From Deltaproteobacteria bacterium (GTDB lineage: Bacteria > Myxococcota_A > Polyangia > Fen-1088), in assembly GCA_033763315.1 (NCBI GenBank), contig JANRKS010000020.1, forward strand, positions 54,489-118,488: a stretch of 64,000 nucleotides of DNA, read 5' to 3'. Shown here in pieces: positions 47,353-56,414 of the stretch. The first letter of the stretch is position 1. Every line of letters begins with the position of its first letter. Below the pieces are notes generated by a model that was not told the origin of the DNA, made no database searches, and saw only the letters and a program-made list of their open reading frames with translations. The translations under genes and the position numbers were made by a program.

Positions 47353-48771
47353 TCAACCTAGGTTGGCGAGGGGGCCACCCACGTTCCACTCAGGCTCACC
47401 GAACGAAGTGAACGTCGGATCGGTGGTGGGCATATAGGTGGCTAACATGCTCAAGAGCAACCGCTGGTGGGACGTACCGTTGTGCCTTAACCATCGCCCA
47501 GGCCGCAGCGCGCCTCCAGCTTTGCCCGCGATCATGAACGGGTAGTTCTTGAACCCGTGCGTCTCTTCACCAAACTCGTTCACGTAAAGGATCGCGGTGT
47601 GGTCGAGCAGCGAGCTGCCATCTGCCTCTCGCACGGACTTTATTTTGCCGATGAGATTCGCAAACGTGCCCTGCATGTACTTTGCGGCGGCACGGAAGTT
47701 CATCTTCGCTTCCGCGATGTTTTCGACCGTTCCGCCGAACTCGCCCGGCCTTTGCCACGCACGGTGGACCACGTCCTGGTGCCAGTCAGTGCCATCGCCT
47801 GGCAGCGCTTTGCCGTCAGGGCGCTTCATGTAGTTGCGCATGTTGCCGTCGGGTCCACCGAAGTCGAGAGTGATCACGCGCGTAAGGTCGCAGGCCAAGG
47901 CCATCGCCGCCACGGATGATAGGTCCGACGATCGAGGGTCGTAGGCACTGTTGCCGTTCACCGTGGGCTTTCCGCAACTGGCCGATGCCAAGACGGGCGC
48001 GGACAGTCCGTTTGATAATTCGCTAAGGTCCGTCAGATAAGCCTCGACGCGTTTCTTGTCGTCGCCGCCCAATTTGGCGCGCAAGGCGTCGCCACTTTCT
48101 TTAACAGCGTCAAGCATTCGCTTGTTGCGCATCCGCTCCTTTTCAACAAGCGGATCGGGCATCGATGGGCCGCCGGTGGAGACGCCCATGAATAGGTTCT
48201 TCACGAGCTCCGTCGGATTCGATTCGCGGCTTACGGGTGAATTCTTGGCCGAATAGCAAACGTGCCACGAGGAGTTCGGCCCCAGATGCAAGATGCGGGA
48301 GCGTGGCGTGGCCGAGCCATAGATCTTGGTCGATATCACCTGATCGATCGAGGGGCCGCCCGCCTGAAAGAACCCCTGGCCCGTGGCCTTCTTCCCCGTG
48401 AGCAGATAATTAAAGACAACCTCGTGAGCGTTTCCGCCCGGTGTGATCTTATTGTCGAGGCCGGTCAGGAACAGCAGATCGTCCTTGTACGGCGCAAGGT
48501 CGGCGGACAGCGAGTTCATGTCGTACTCGTCTGCGGCATACTCGGTTTTGGTCGGGGCGCCGCCCGCTTTGAGCTTCGGCTGCCACTCGTCCATGAACAT
48601 ACCCTGCGAGTGGTAAACCAGAATGAAGCGCTGCGGAGGCGCGGCGAAGGCCTTGCCCTCCATCGCCTCAAGGAACGGCAGGGCCAATGAAACGCCGCCC
48701 GCACCGCGGAGCAACGAACGGCGTGAGATCGAAGAACCTTTTCTTACGGGCACATAACCTTTAAATGACAT
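47353..48771 (-). CDS. DUF1552 domain protein (Tat signal)
   Basis: SISRRSLLRGAG...LPFLEAM, SIDQVI, ALACDLTRV, SLLD.T, P...AG.AGG. Confidence 0.9.
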   Translation of the reverse strand: MSFKGYVPVRKGSSISRRSLLRGAGGVSLALPFLEAMEGKAFAAPPQRFILVYHSQGMFMDEWQPKLKAGGAPTKTEYAADEYDMNSLSADLAPYKDDLLFLTGLDNKITPGGNAHEVVFNYLLTGKKATGQGFFQAGGPSIDQVISTKIYGSATPRSRILHLGPNSSWHVCYSAKNSPVSRESNPTELVKNLFMGVSTGGPSMPDPLVEKERMRNKRMLDAVKESGDALRAKLGGDDKKRVEAYLTDLSELSNGLSAPVLASASCGKPTVNGNSAYDPRSSDLSSVAAMALACDLTRVITLDFGGPDGNMRNYMKRPDGKALPGDGTDWHQDVVHRAWQRPGEFGGTVENIAEAKMNFRAAAKYMQGTFANLIGKIKSVREADGSSLLDHTAILYVNEFGEETHGFKNYPFMIAGKAGGALRPGRWLRHNGTSHQRLLLSMLATYMPTTDPTFTSFGEPEWNVGGPLANLG

Positions 48772-48786
48772 CTGCAGGTCCTTCTG

Positions 48787-50544
48787 TTAATTCGTGGTGG
48801 CTGGGCGGAAGCGGAAACCATCCGACGTCGCAAGCGCGGAGAACAAGGCGGCAAAGTCACCGCCACTTGCGTTGAAGGCACTGGCTAGATCGGCAATGGC
48901 GCACTCATCTTCGGGCACTTCGAGCCGCGCCCGTGCGTAGCGAAACCATTGCGTGGCCACACACGCTTGGGCCTTCGCGCTGCGGGCAAGCATCGAGACA
49001 AGTTCTCCTGCGTCTTTGAAGTCGCCGTCGACGTCTGTGTCCAAAAGCGTGCCTGTTGTGTCCACCATCGCTGTTTGCCCAGACTCTGTTTTTTCCGTGA
49101 GGCTGTACCGGCCGATGGCGTCGTACGATTCAAGCGCAAACCCTGGCGGATCGATGAGCTGGTGGCAGGCCTTGCATGCCGGCATTTGTGAGTGCGCGGT
49201 TTTGATCTGCCGATTCGTGGCGCCCGCAGGGGTGGGCGGTGGCGCTTGCGATTCAGCCCCCGGCGGTGGGGTGCCTAGTTCTTGGCACAGCAGCTCTCGC
49301 CGCACGAAGGTGCCGCGCTGAATGGGCGAAGGGTATTTGGCCTGCGCAAAACCAGCGAGGAACCCTGCACGTGTCATGAAGCCCGGGCGCGTTTCGGGCA
49401 GCGTTACTTCTGATAGGCCACCGCTGGCGTTGCCTGAAGGCACGTCCACGCCATAGATCGGCGCGGTCCTTGCGGTCACGAATCCGCTTCGACCCGTCAT
49501 AAGGTGTTTCCAGCCATCGCGAGCGTCGAGCACGCTCTTCTCGATGAACTTGGTTGTTTCGGCCCTTAGATCATTCGCAACGAGTTCGTTCCAAGAAGGG
49601 AAAACGTTGGCATCCTTGATGCGGGTGAGGCGATCTTGCTCGGTCCATTGGTCTGCAAAATTGCGAACGCTTTCGCGGGTGCGGGGGTCACCAAACATTC
49701 GCTTGACCTGTGCTTGTATGACGCTGGTCTGCAACAACTCTTTTGATTGCGCAGCGGCAAAGAGCTCGGCGTCGGGCATCGTTCCCCAAATGAAGTAGGA
49801 CAAACGCGTTGCCAGTTCAAAGGCTGAAACACTCACGTAGCCGGCTTCTTTGCTGGGAAGGCTGGCGTCGCCAACTTCGGCCATGAAATTGAATTGGGGA
49901 GAAAGCAGCATCGACTGAACGACGGTGTCGAGCTTCTCTTTCACGGAAAATTCAGCGCCCAGACCATTGTAGAGCTTGAGCAACACCGCGCCCTCTTCGG
50001 TGGTGGGCGGCCGTCGATAAGCCCTTGTGCCAAACGCTGTGATGAAGTCGCGCACGCATGCCTCTGTCACTGCTGTGGCGGGGCACTTGAGCTCTTTGAC
50101 TGGATCAAAAGCATCCGTGGCTCGACGTGTGGCCTCAAACATCTTTTGGGTGCGCAGCTTTGGGATGGAGCTGGTGTTCGCGTTGTTGTCGAAGCCGTGA
50201 CCGGCGCCCTCGAGAGGAAAGGTGGCCACGAGATCTCTTCCATCGGAACGGTTGAGAAGATCTCGCAAGGTGTTGGCGTATTCAAGATTGGTGAGGCGGC
50301 GCATGGGCGCTGGACCCATGCGCGACACACCTTTGCATTCGTCTGATGCATCCACCTTCGGCGGGTTCGACGAAGGGTCAATCGGCACCTCGGGCACAAA
50401 CCCATCACCACCTGCGCCTCCTTCTCCGCCGCCGCCAGAGTTCTCTTGGCTAACCATGCCGGTACAACCGATGGCGCTTGCGCCTAGAGTCAAGGTCAAG
50501 AAGGCCAGCACTCCACAACTTCGCGAACAACCTGCGAGGACCAT
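48787..50544 (-). CDS. DUF1592-family protein (DUF1587/1595/1592/1588/1585) with CxxCH
   Basis: RRLTNLEYANTLRDL, RAYRRP, ELATRLSYFIW..PD, SPIQRG.FV, CKACH..IDP.GF. Confidence 0.9.
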   Translation of the reverse strand: MVLAGCSRSCGVLAFLTLTLGASAIGCTGMVSQENSGGGGEGGAGGDGFVPEVPIDPSSNPPKVDASDECKGVSRMGPAPMRRLTNLEYANTLRDLLNRSDGRDLVATFPLEGAGHGFDNNANTSSIPKLRTQKMFEATRRATDAFDPVKELKCPATAVTEACVRDFITAFGTRAYRRPPTTEEGAVLLKLYNGLGAEFSVKEKLDTVVQSMLLSPQFNFMAEVGDASLPSKEAGYVSVSAFELATRLSYFIWGTMPDAELFAAAQSKELLQTSVIQAQVKRMFGDPRTRESVRNFADQWTEQDRLTRIKDANVFPSWNELVANDLRAETTKFIEKSVLDARDGWKHLMTGRSGFVTARTAPIYGVDVPSGNASGGLSEVTLPETRPGFMTRAGFLAGFAQAKYPSPIQRGTFVRRELLCQELGTPPPGAESQAPPPTPAGATNRQIKTAHSQMPACKACHQLIDPPGFALESYDAIGRYSLTEKTESGQTAMVDTTGTLLDTDVDGDFKDAGELVSMLARSAKAQACVATQWFRYARARLEVPEDECAIADLASAFNASGGDFAALFSALATSDGFRFRPATTN

Positions 50545-51037
50545 AGTTGCTAAAGTATATCTTCACGGAGCGGCTGAAGATGGGGCTAAAGGCCTAGGAA
50601 CATCGAAAATGTGGAGCGCGAGCGCACAAATACGAAAGAGCTGGCCACCCGGCCAGGCTCTTTCGTATTGCCAAGTAGATCCAAATAGCTATGGCTTGAC
50701 GCCGCATTATCGAGAGGCGCATGCAGCTCAGGGCCAAGAGAGGAACGTGCGAAGCGGTCTTGCGACAGGGGGGGAAGTTTGCCGGTGATTCGTTAGTCCG
50801 ATTGGCGGACACCGACTGTTCACGGCCGGGCATGGGAACGGTGGGGGGCGTAACAAGATGGGATCGTCGCAGCATCGTTCGTTTTTCCTGTGCACCTAAG
50901 TTCTATTCAAGGTTAAGGTCGCGCTTCTAGCTGAGGCTGCACATATGACGGTCCTTTGCTCGCCTTTACCTTGGCGGAGCACTGTCATTTTTGTCCGGCG
51001 CGATGACAGGGGCCTGGGCGCCCTAGAGGAGTAAGTT

Positions 51038-53164
51038 ATGACTAGAGTGGCGTGTGGGTTTTCTTCGAAGGTGGCTTTGCTTGGACTTGTTTTGTTGGGT
51101 GCCGCGTGCGGCAGCAGCAGTTCAAGCGACGACGGAGCCGGTGGTGATGGCGGTGGCGGTGGGCAGGCCGGTGGAGGTTCTGGAGGCAAGGGCGGGGCGT
51201 CTGCAACAGGTGGCGCGGGAGGCGTGGCTGGCAATGCTGGTGGATCTGGCGGAGCCGCAGGCGGCATGGCGGGCGGCACAGCCGGCGCCGCAGGTGGCAT
51301 GGGTGGGCAAGCAGGCGCAGAGCCGCCGCCCTTCATGCTGGAAATGGGAACGCCCATCGCAACGGCGGGTACGTTGCCGATAGATATCAACTTCGCTGCG
51401 CCCGCTGATCTCACAGGAAAGTTCAAGACGTTCTCGCGTGCGGAGACGCCGGCCATCACACACGACGCCACGATGGGCGGCCGCGTGAAGATCGCCGCTG
51501 ATATGCAGGCCGTGGCCTACTACGACACAACACCAGACGATACGGGGACCGTCGGGTTCACCGAGTTCACCGCGTCGATGAAGTTTCAATCAACTGGTTT
51601 GGCGAGCGTGTATTTCGTTTTGTCAGGCGACAACAAGCGATCTGACTCCCGCGCTGTGGGCTTCACCATCAACAACGGTGTTGCCGGCCCCGTCGGCGTG
51701 ACCGACGTCGATAGCCTAAGGGCAGACATGGATTGTTCACCTCAATACTGGAAGGTGCCAACGATCGTAAATATCTGCCAATCGCCGATGGGCAGCGCGT
51801 ACGCCTATTTGGCACCCGAAGCAGGCGATAAGGTTTACACGCTTGAAGTCACAACAAAGAAAGTCAGCGACACAAGCCTAACGGTCTATGCCGCCATCAA
51901 TCAGGGCGACACCTTTATCGATCACCAAACGTACACATACACGGCGATGAAGCAGGTGATTGGTGAAGTGGGCTTTGGAGGATCTGCCAAAGGTGGGGAT
52001 CTGTTCATCGACGATTTCAAAGTCACCGCACCCAAGGCGATTCCCGACCTCAAGATCCTAGAGCACACGGGTGTCGACGGTATCACCTGGAACCTTTGGT
52101 TGCCCGAAGGCACAACGCCGATCAAGGGTTTGCTTCACTTCTCGCCCGGTATGGCTTTGGGCGCTGGCAAGGCGGGCGAGTTCGCCTTGTTCGAGGGGCA
52201 GCGAAAATTCGCCCGCGCCAACGGCTGGGGCTTGCTGAGCAGCACCGGCGCGGCTCCCACCGTGGCAAGCGCAGATGCCGCTCTCGCTGCGTTGGCGACC
52301 GCCAGCACTCGTCCCGAAGTGGCCACGGTGCCTCTGTTCGTGGAGAGCTTGATCAACAGCTTTGCGAATGACTTCGCTGCCACACATCCAGAGAAGACCA
52401 TCGGCTTTTTCCAAAACAAGTTGGCTTCGGAAAACCTCGCTATGGCAAAGAAGCCAACGGGCGCTACCGATCCCTTCTTGAATGTGCCGGGTATGTTCAC
52501 ATACGCGCCGCTTTCGATCATATCGGGTCTTGCGGCTTCGTCGGCGCAATTCAAATCAGGGCGTGATCTCGGTGCCCAATGGGCCTTGGCTGCGCACGGG
52601 GGCCAAACGCATGCCATCGTGGATAGCGCCGCGCTTTACCTGCCCTTTTTGCAAGAGCTCATTGATGCTCGAATGACCAATGGCGCCGCACCCTTGAAGC
52701 CCGCGCCCAAAGAGATGGGTTACCTTGGTGAACACAAGGCGATCTTCGCCGCCACGCAGTCCGACCTTGCACCTGTGGCGGCATTCGCAGCCGCAGACGA
52801 CTTGATGAAGAGCTGGTTGCTTAACGCCGACGTCGCGAAGATCTTTTCCGCCTTTCATTACAACCGAATGATGGGCCAGATGTTTGCGCCCCGCCGTGCA
52901 CACTTCACGTCGATGCCTCTTCACGGAAAAGCCGGCGAAGCTCGCACAGTAACAGTGGGATTCGCGGCAGGCTTCATGTGGCAAAAGGTTGAGTTCTTCG
53001 ACGGCGCCACAAAGGTTGGCGAAGTGGCTTCACCGGCCATGCCAATGTTCACGTATCCCGCGCTTGCGAAGGGCGCTCACAGCTTGGTGGCGCAGGTCAC
53101 GGGCATGGACAACGCCATTCACATGACGATGCCCGTACTCGTGGTGATGGAACCGATGAATTAA
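51038..53164 (+). CDS. Lipoprotein: Gly-rich linker, beta-sandwich, hydrolase-like domain and C-terminal Ig
   Basis: GAGGAG RBS; lipobox GAAC; WLPEG..PIKG; KVEFFDGATKVGE (Big_7-like). Confidence 0.65.
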   Translation: MTRVACGFSSKVALLGLVLLGAACGSSSSSDDGAGGDGGGGGQAGGGSGGKGGASATGGAGGVAGNAGGSGGAAGGMAGGTAGAAGGMGGQAGAEPPPFMLEMGTPIATAGTLPIDINFAAPADLTGKFKTFSRAETPAITHDATMGGRVKIAADMQAVAYYDTTPDDTGTVGFTEFTASMKFQSTGLASVYFVLSGDNKRSDSRAVGFTINNGVAGPVGVTDVDSLRADMDCSPQYWKVPTIVNICQSPMGSAYAYLAPEAGDKVYTLEVTTKKVSDTSLTVYAAINQGDTFIDHQTYTYTAMKQVIGEVGFGGSAKGGDLFIDDFKVTAPKAIPDLKILEHTGVDGITWNLWLPEGTTPIKGLLHFSPGMALGAGKAGEFALFEGQRKFARANGWGLLSSTGAAPTVASADAALAALATASTRPEVATVPLFVESLINSFANDFAATHPEKTIGFFQNKLASENLAMAKKPTGATDPFLNVPGMFTYAPLSIISGLAASSAQFKSGRDLGAQWALAAHGGQTHAIVDSAALYLPFLQELIDARMTNGAAPLKPAPKEMGYLGEHKAIFAATQSDLAPVAAFAAADDLMKSWLLNADVAKIFSAFHYNRMMGQMFAPRRAHFTSMPLHGKAGEARTVTVGFAAGFMWQKVEFFDGATKVGEVASPAMPMFTYPALAKGAHSLVAQVTGMDNAIHMTMPVLVVMEPMN

Positions 53165-53224
53165 CGACCTTGGGGGGAAGCGAACGTTTCGCTTCAACGT
53201 AGGAAACCAATTGGAGGCTAAATT

Positions 53225-54523
53225 ATGAAGAAGCAATTTCTAGGATCTTTGATGGCGCTCGCGTTCGTGGGCGGTTTGGCGGCTTGCTCGTCTGACAGCA
53301 AGAGCAACGACGATAGCGCGGGTGGTGGGGGCGGTGGAGGAGGTAGCGGTGGTTCTTCTGCTGGTGGCGGCGGTGGTAAAGCTGCCGGTGGCAGCGGAGG
53401 AAGTGCCGGCGGTGCTGCAGGTGCCGCAGGCGGAGCGGGCGGTGCTGCAGGCGCCGCAGGTGGAGCGGGCGGTGCTGCAGGCGGCGCGGCTGGAAATGCA
53501 GGCGGCGCTGCGGGGCAGGCTGTGGCTGTGAATGTCGCATCCGACTTCAAGTGCCCTGCTGGAATGACCTACGGGGATCCTCTCCCAGCGGAAGCTATGC
53601 GAAAGCTGACGCTTGTGAAGGATGGCCTCAAGGGTGGTGAAGGCGGCATTTGGGTTGAGTCGCAAAAAGCATTGTTCTTCTCGGATCTGCAGCGCTCAGC
53701 TGAACCAGCTGCCGATGGACAAAAGGACGCGTTCTGGCGGATGGCCTCAAGCTCGAAGATCTGGAAGCACACGCCCGAAAACAACATGACGGTTGAGTGG
53801 CTTGCTGACGCCGGAGTCAACGGCATGGCACTGTCGGCGGATCTTACAAAGCTCATTATCGCGCACATCGCCGACCGATCGATCACCTCCATCAACCTCG
53901 TTGATAAGGTGAAGACGAAGGTTGTTGACAAGATGATGACTCAAACCTTCAACGTAACGAATGACCTGACTGTCCGCTCCGATGGCCACATCTATTTCAC
54001 CGATCCGCTGTGGCAGGCTCACATCGTAGGCAAGAACCCAGGCGCGCCTGCGGCTGGCAGCACGAAGGTTTATCACATGGCTCCAGGCGGAGAAGTCACC
54101 GTCGTGGACGCAGACCGCGTGCATCCCAACGGAACCGCGTTGTCGCCAGACGGACGTACCCTTTACGTCGGAGCGATTTCTGGCGTTGATCAGCTGGACA
54201 GTGGTGGTTGGGCGTTGGCCGGGAAATTGTGGAAATACGAAGTGAAGGCAGATGGGTCCACGGGGCCCGCGGTCGAGTTCGCTTCCGGTTTGAAAGCACC
54301 TGACGGCATCGTGGTGGATTGTGCTGGCAATGTCTACGTGGCCAATTCTCCAGGCATCGTGGTGTTCAAGAACGATGGCACCAAGATTGGCGCCATCGAA
54401 GGACTCACGCCTACGGCTGGGCTTACGAACGTGGCATTCGGCGGCTCGGACCGTAAAACTCTGTTTGCCACCACGAACACTGAACTGCTGAAAATCGCGG
54501 TGAACGTTCCCGGTCCCAACTGA
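53225..54523 (+). CDS. SMP-30/gluconolactonase family lipoprotein
   Basis: Lipobox LAAC; EG.IW, NDL..RSDG.IYFTDP, PNG.ALSPDG, PDGI.VDCAGN.YV, TNVAFGG. Confidence 0.92.
   Translation: MKKQFLGSLMALAFVGGLAACSSDSKSNDDSAGGGGGGGGSGGSSAGGGGGKAAGGSGGSAGGAAGAAGGAGGAAGAAGGAGGAAGGAAGNAGGAAGQAVAVNVASDFKCPAGMTYGDPLPAEAMRKLTLVKDGLKGGEGGIWVESQKALFFSDLQRSAEPAADGQKDAFWRMASSSKIWKHTPENNMTVEWLADAGVNGMALSADLTKLIIAHIADRSITSINLVDKVKTKVVDKMMTQTFNVTNDLTVRSDGHIYFTDPLWQAHIVGKNPGAPAAGSTKVYHMAPGGEVTVVDADRVHPNGTALSPDGRTLYVGAISGVDQLDSGGWALAGKLWKYEVKADGSTGPAVEFASGLKAPDGIVVDCAGNVYVANSPGIVVFKNDGTKIGAIEGLTPTAGLTNVAFGGSDRKTLFATTNTELLKIAVNVPGPN
53408..53482 (+). repeat. 30-bp tandem repeat (GGAAGAAGGA x2.5) in the Gly/Ala linker
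   Basis: GGCGGTGCTGCAGG recurs at 53408, 53438 and 53468. Confidence 0.75.
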
Positions 54524-54547
54524 ACGCACGCTGCTGCTCGTCTTTAG

Positions 54548-54683
54548 GGCCGGCCGGGGGAACCCGCCGGCCTTATTGATGTGATCGCCCCAAAAGCGAA
54601 AAGCCGATCCCAGGGATCGGCTTTCGCCGCGCTTTTCACGGCGTTCGAAAAGGCCAAAAGCCGACGGTGAAGCCGGCTTTTGG
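54548..54683. terminator. Three hairpins between convergent genes (probable bidirectional terminators)
   Basis: GGCCGGC..GCCGGCC; AAAGCCGATCCC/GGGATCGGCTTT; CCAAAAGCCG/CGGCTTTTGG. Confidence 0.7.
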
Positions 54684-54702
54684 GCAAATGTGCTTGGGTT
54701 GC

Positions 54703-56025
54703 TTATGTCTTCACTGCGACGTCGTCGATGCAGGCGCCTTGGTTTTGCCGAATCTCTACCTTCAGCAAGCCATCCCAGTTAAGCGTCACGTTGTTCAAGC
54801 CTGTCGACAAGGTCCGTGTCACTCGGGTTGTTGTGCCCTTCTTGTAGCCCGTGATGGTGGAGGCGTTACCCACGTGAACCTTGAGCGAGGTCAATGAGAA
54901 CGGTTCGCCGGTGTTCTTCGTGATAACGATGTGCTCGCCCCAGTTGTTCGAGCAAAGCGCGTTGCTCCCTGCCACCGACTGAATCTCCAGGTTGCCCGTG
55001 GCCATACGGTTAACCGTGTTCTTGAACTCGAAGTTGCTCGTGGTTGTCCACACATGGGCGCGGCTTTGTGTTCGGAAGCCCAGCCCTTCGCTATTGAAGT
55101 TCAACGTCAAGGGCGAGAAGTTCTGTGTCACCGCGCCGTTGTAGTTGCGGTTCACATAGGTGGTCATCACGTTTTGCCAGTACCCGTGGTAGTAATCGCC
55201 AACGTAATCCGCGCGGCCGCAGTTGATGAAGTCGAAGTGCTCGTTGTCAGGCAATTGCTTGGTCATGCAAAGATCGGCTGCAATGCCATCGATCCAGGCG
55301 CCTGTGTCCGACCGATAACCGCTCCATGATTTGTATGGGTTCCCCGAGTTGGCGCCCAACCGGCCCGGAATGCTTGCCTTGAAGCCGTCGCCCTTTACGA
55401 AGTAGGCGCTGGGTGGATTCGACGCGAGCATGTTGCCGAAAAACACGCCTTCTTGAATGATGGCGTCGCTACCGGAATCGGTTGGCAAGCTCATGCCCAC
55501 GGATGGCATCTTGTCGCTGTCACCGTTCACGAAGATGGGCACGTGGTTACCCGTGCTGTTCATGTGGGCCATCATGCAGGCCGAGATTCGTTCCTGGCAG
55601 GCACCGTCACAAGACCCCGACTTCCATCCAGAGCCAATGCCGAGGCGTCCGTAATACCGGTACCAAGCCCCGCCTTGATCTTGCTTGTCGATGTAGTCGC
55701 CGTTGCCCAGCGCGCATTTCGCCAGGTATTCCACCGTGGCTCGTCCACCGTTGCTGGTCATCAAGCCGTTGCTGGCCATCAAACCGTTAATGGTGGAGAG
55801 CCCATTGATGGTGGAAAGACCATTGGCGGTCATGAGCCCATTGCTGGCCACAAGACCATTGATCGCCGACAAGCCGTTAATGGCGGACAGACCATTTTCA
55901 GAGGCTAACCCCTGCCCGATGGGATCGTCCTGCAACAATGCGGGACCATCTTGCCCAGCCGCGCCACACCCAACCGCGCCACCCACCAACAGCACACCCA
56001 ACGAGTTCCAAATTGCCTTCGTCAT
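54703..56025 (-). CDS. NGLxxx hexapeptide-repeat lipoprotein with a Cys-containing myxobacterial-type domain
   Basis: Lipobox AVGC; eight NGL units; YLAKCAL...CQERISACMMAHMN..G.HVPI; EGVFFGN. Confidence 0.8.
   Translation of the reverse strand: MTKAIWNSLGVLLVGGAVGCGAAGQDGPALLQDDPIGQGLASENGLSAINGLSAINGLVASNGLMTANGLSTINGLSTINGLMASNGLMTSNGGRATVEYLAKCALGNGDYIDKQDQGGAWYRYYGRLGIGSGWKSGSCDGACQERISACMMAHMNSTGNHVPIFVNGDSDKMPSVGMSLPTDSGSDAIIQEGVFFGNMLASNPPSAYFVKGDGFKASIPGRLGANSGNPYKSWSGYRSDTGAWIDGIAADLCMTKQLPDNEHFDFINCGRADYVGDYYHGYWQNVMTTYVNRNYNGAVTQNFSPLTLNFNSEGLGFRTQSRAHVWTTTSNFEFKNTVNRMATGNLEIQSVAGSNALCSNNWGEHIVITKNTGEPFSLTSLKVHVGNASTITGYKKGTTTRVTRTLSTGLNNVTLNWDGLLKVEIRQNQGACIDDVAVKT
55744..55896 (-). 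repeat. 18-bp/6-aa tandem repeat (NGLxxx x8)
   Basis: NGLSAI NGLSAI NGLVAS NGLMTA NGLSTI NGLSTI NGLMAS NGLMTS NGG. Confidence 0.9.
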
Positions 56026-56032
56026 CGTTCGC

Positions 56033-56115
56033 CCTCCTTCGGTAACCCGGCCAGCTCGTTGAGCTCCGTCGGCTTTGCGTCGCGCGGTTGCCCGCGGTTT
56101 GCCATTTCGGGAAAA
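56033..56115 (-). ncRNA. c-di-GMP-I (GEMM) riboswitch
   Basis: Minus strand: TTCCCGAAATGGCAAACCGCGG-GCAA-CCGCGCGACGCAAAGCCGACGGAGCTC-AAC-GAGCTGGCCGGGTTACCGAAGGAGG; GGCAAA / GACGCAAAGCC / GGGTTACCGA landmarks; GNRA loop. Confidence 0.88.
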
Positions 56116-56133
56116 TCCCCTTGTCCTCTCCTA

Positions 56134-56150
56134 TTGCAGCTGTTGTGCCA
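56134..56150 (-). promoter_or_regulatory. sigma54 (-24/-12) promoter
   Basis: TGGCACAACAGCTGCAA = GG-N10-GC, placing the TSS just upstream of the riboswitch. Confidence 0.7.
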
Positions 56151-56414
56151 TCGATGTTTGGTAACTTATGTTACTAAAACAACGCTTTAAACGTGTTCAG
56201 GGACCCTTTGCCTGTTGCGCGCCAGACAACACCTGTTGTTACTGGGGCACCACGCGACCAACGGGCAGGTGAAACAGCGAACACCCCCGGGGACCCTCCT
56301 TTAGGTGCGGGACCCGCTTTCGACGTGTAGGCCTTGTGCAGACAACCACTTAGGTCGCCACGCCCAAGGTGGGCGCGATGTATGGTGCGCTTGCTGTCGC
56401 AAAGACACGCGCGG

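Noticed and set aside
50760-50830. Cobalamin riboswitch-like GGGAAG...CCGGTG...ACTGT
   Set aside because: Lacks the B12-box order and the GCCACTG core; no B12-related gene is adjacent
55744-55896. 18-bp repeats as a CRISPR array or non-coding repeat
   Set aside because: They are in frame with synonymous variation, so they are a protein repeat
56190-56410. 6S RNA / RNase P / tmRNA candidate in the lgt downstream gap
   Set aside because: No diagnostic conserved motifs or closing helix recognised; more likely an upstream activator region
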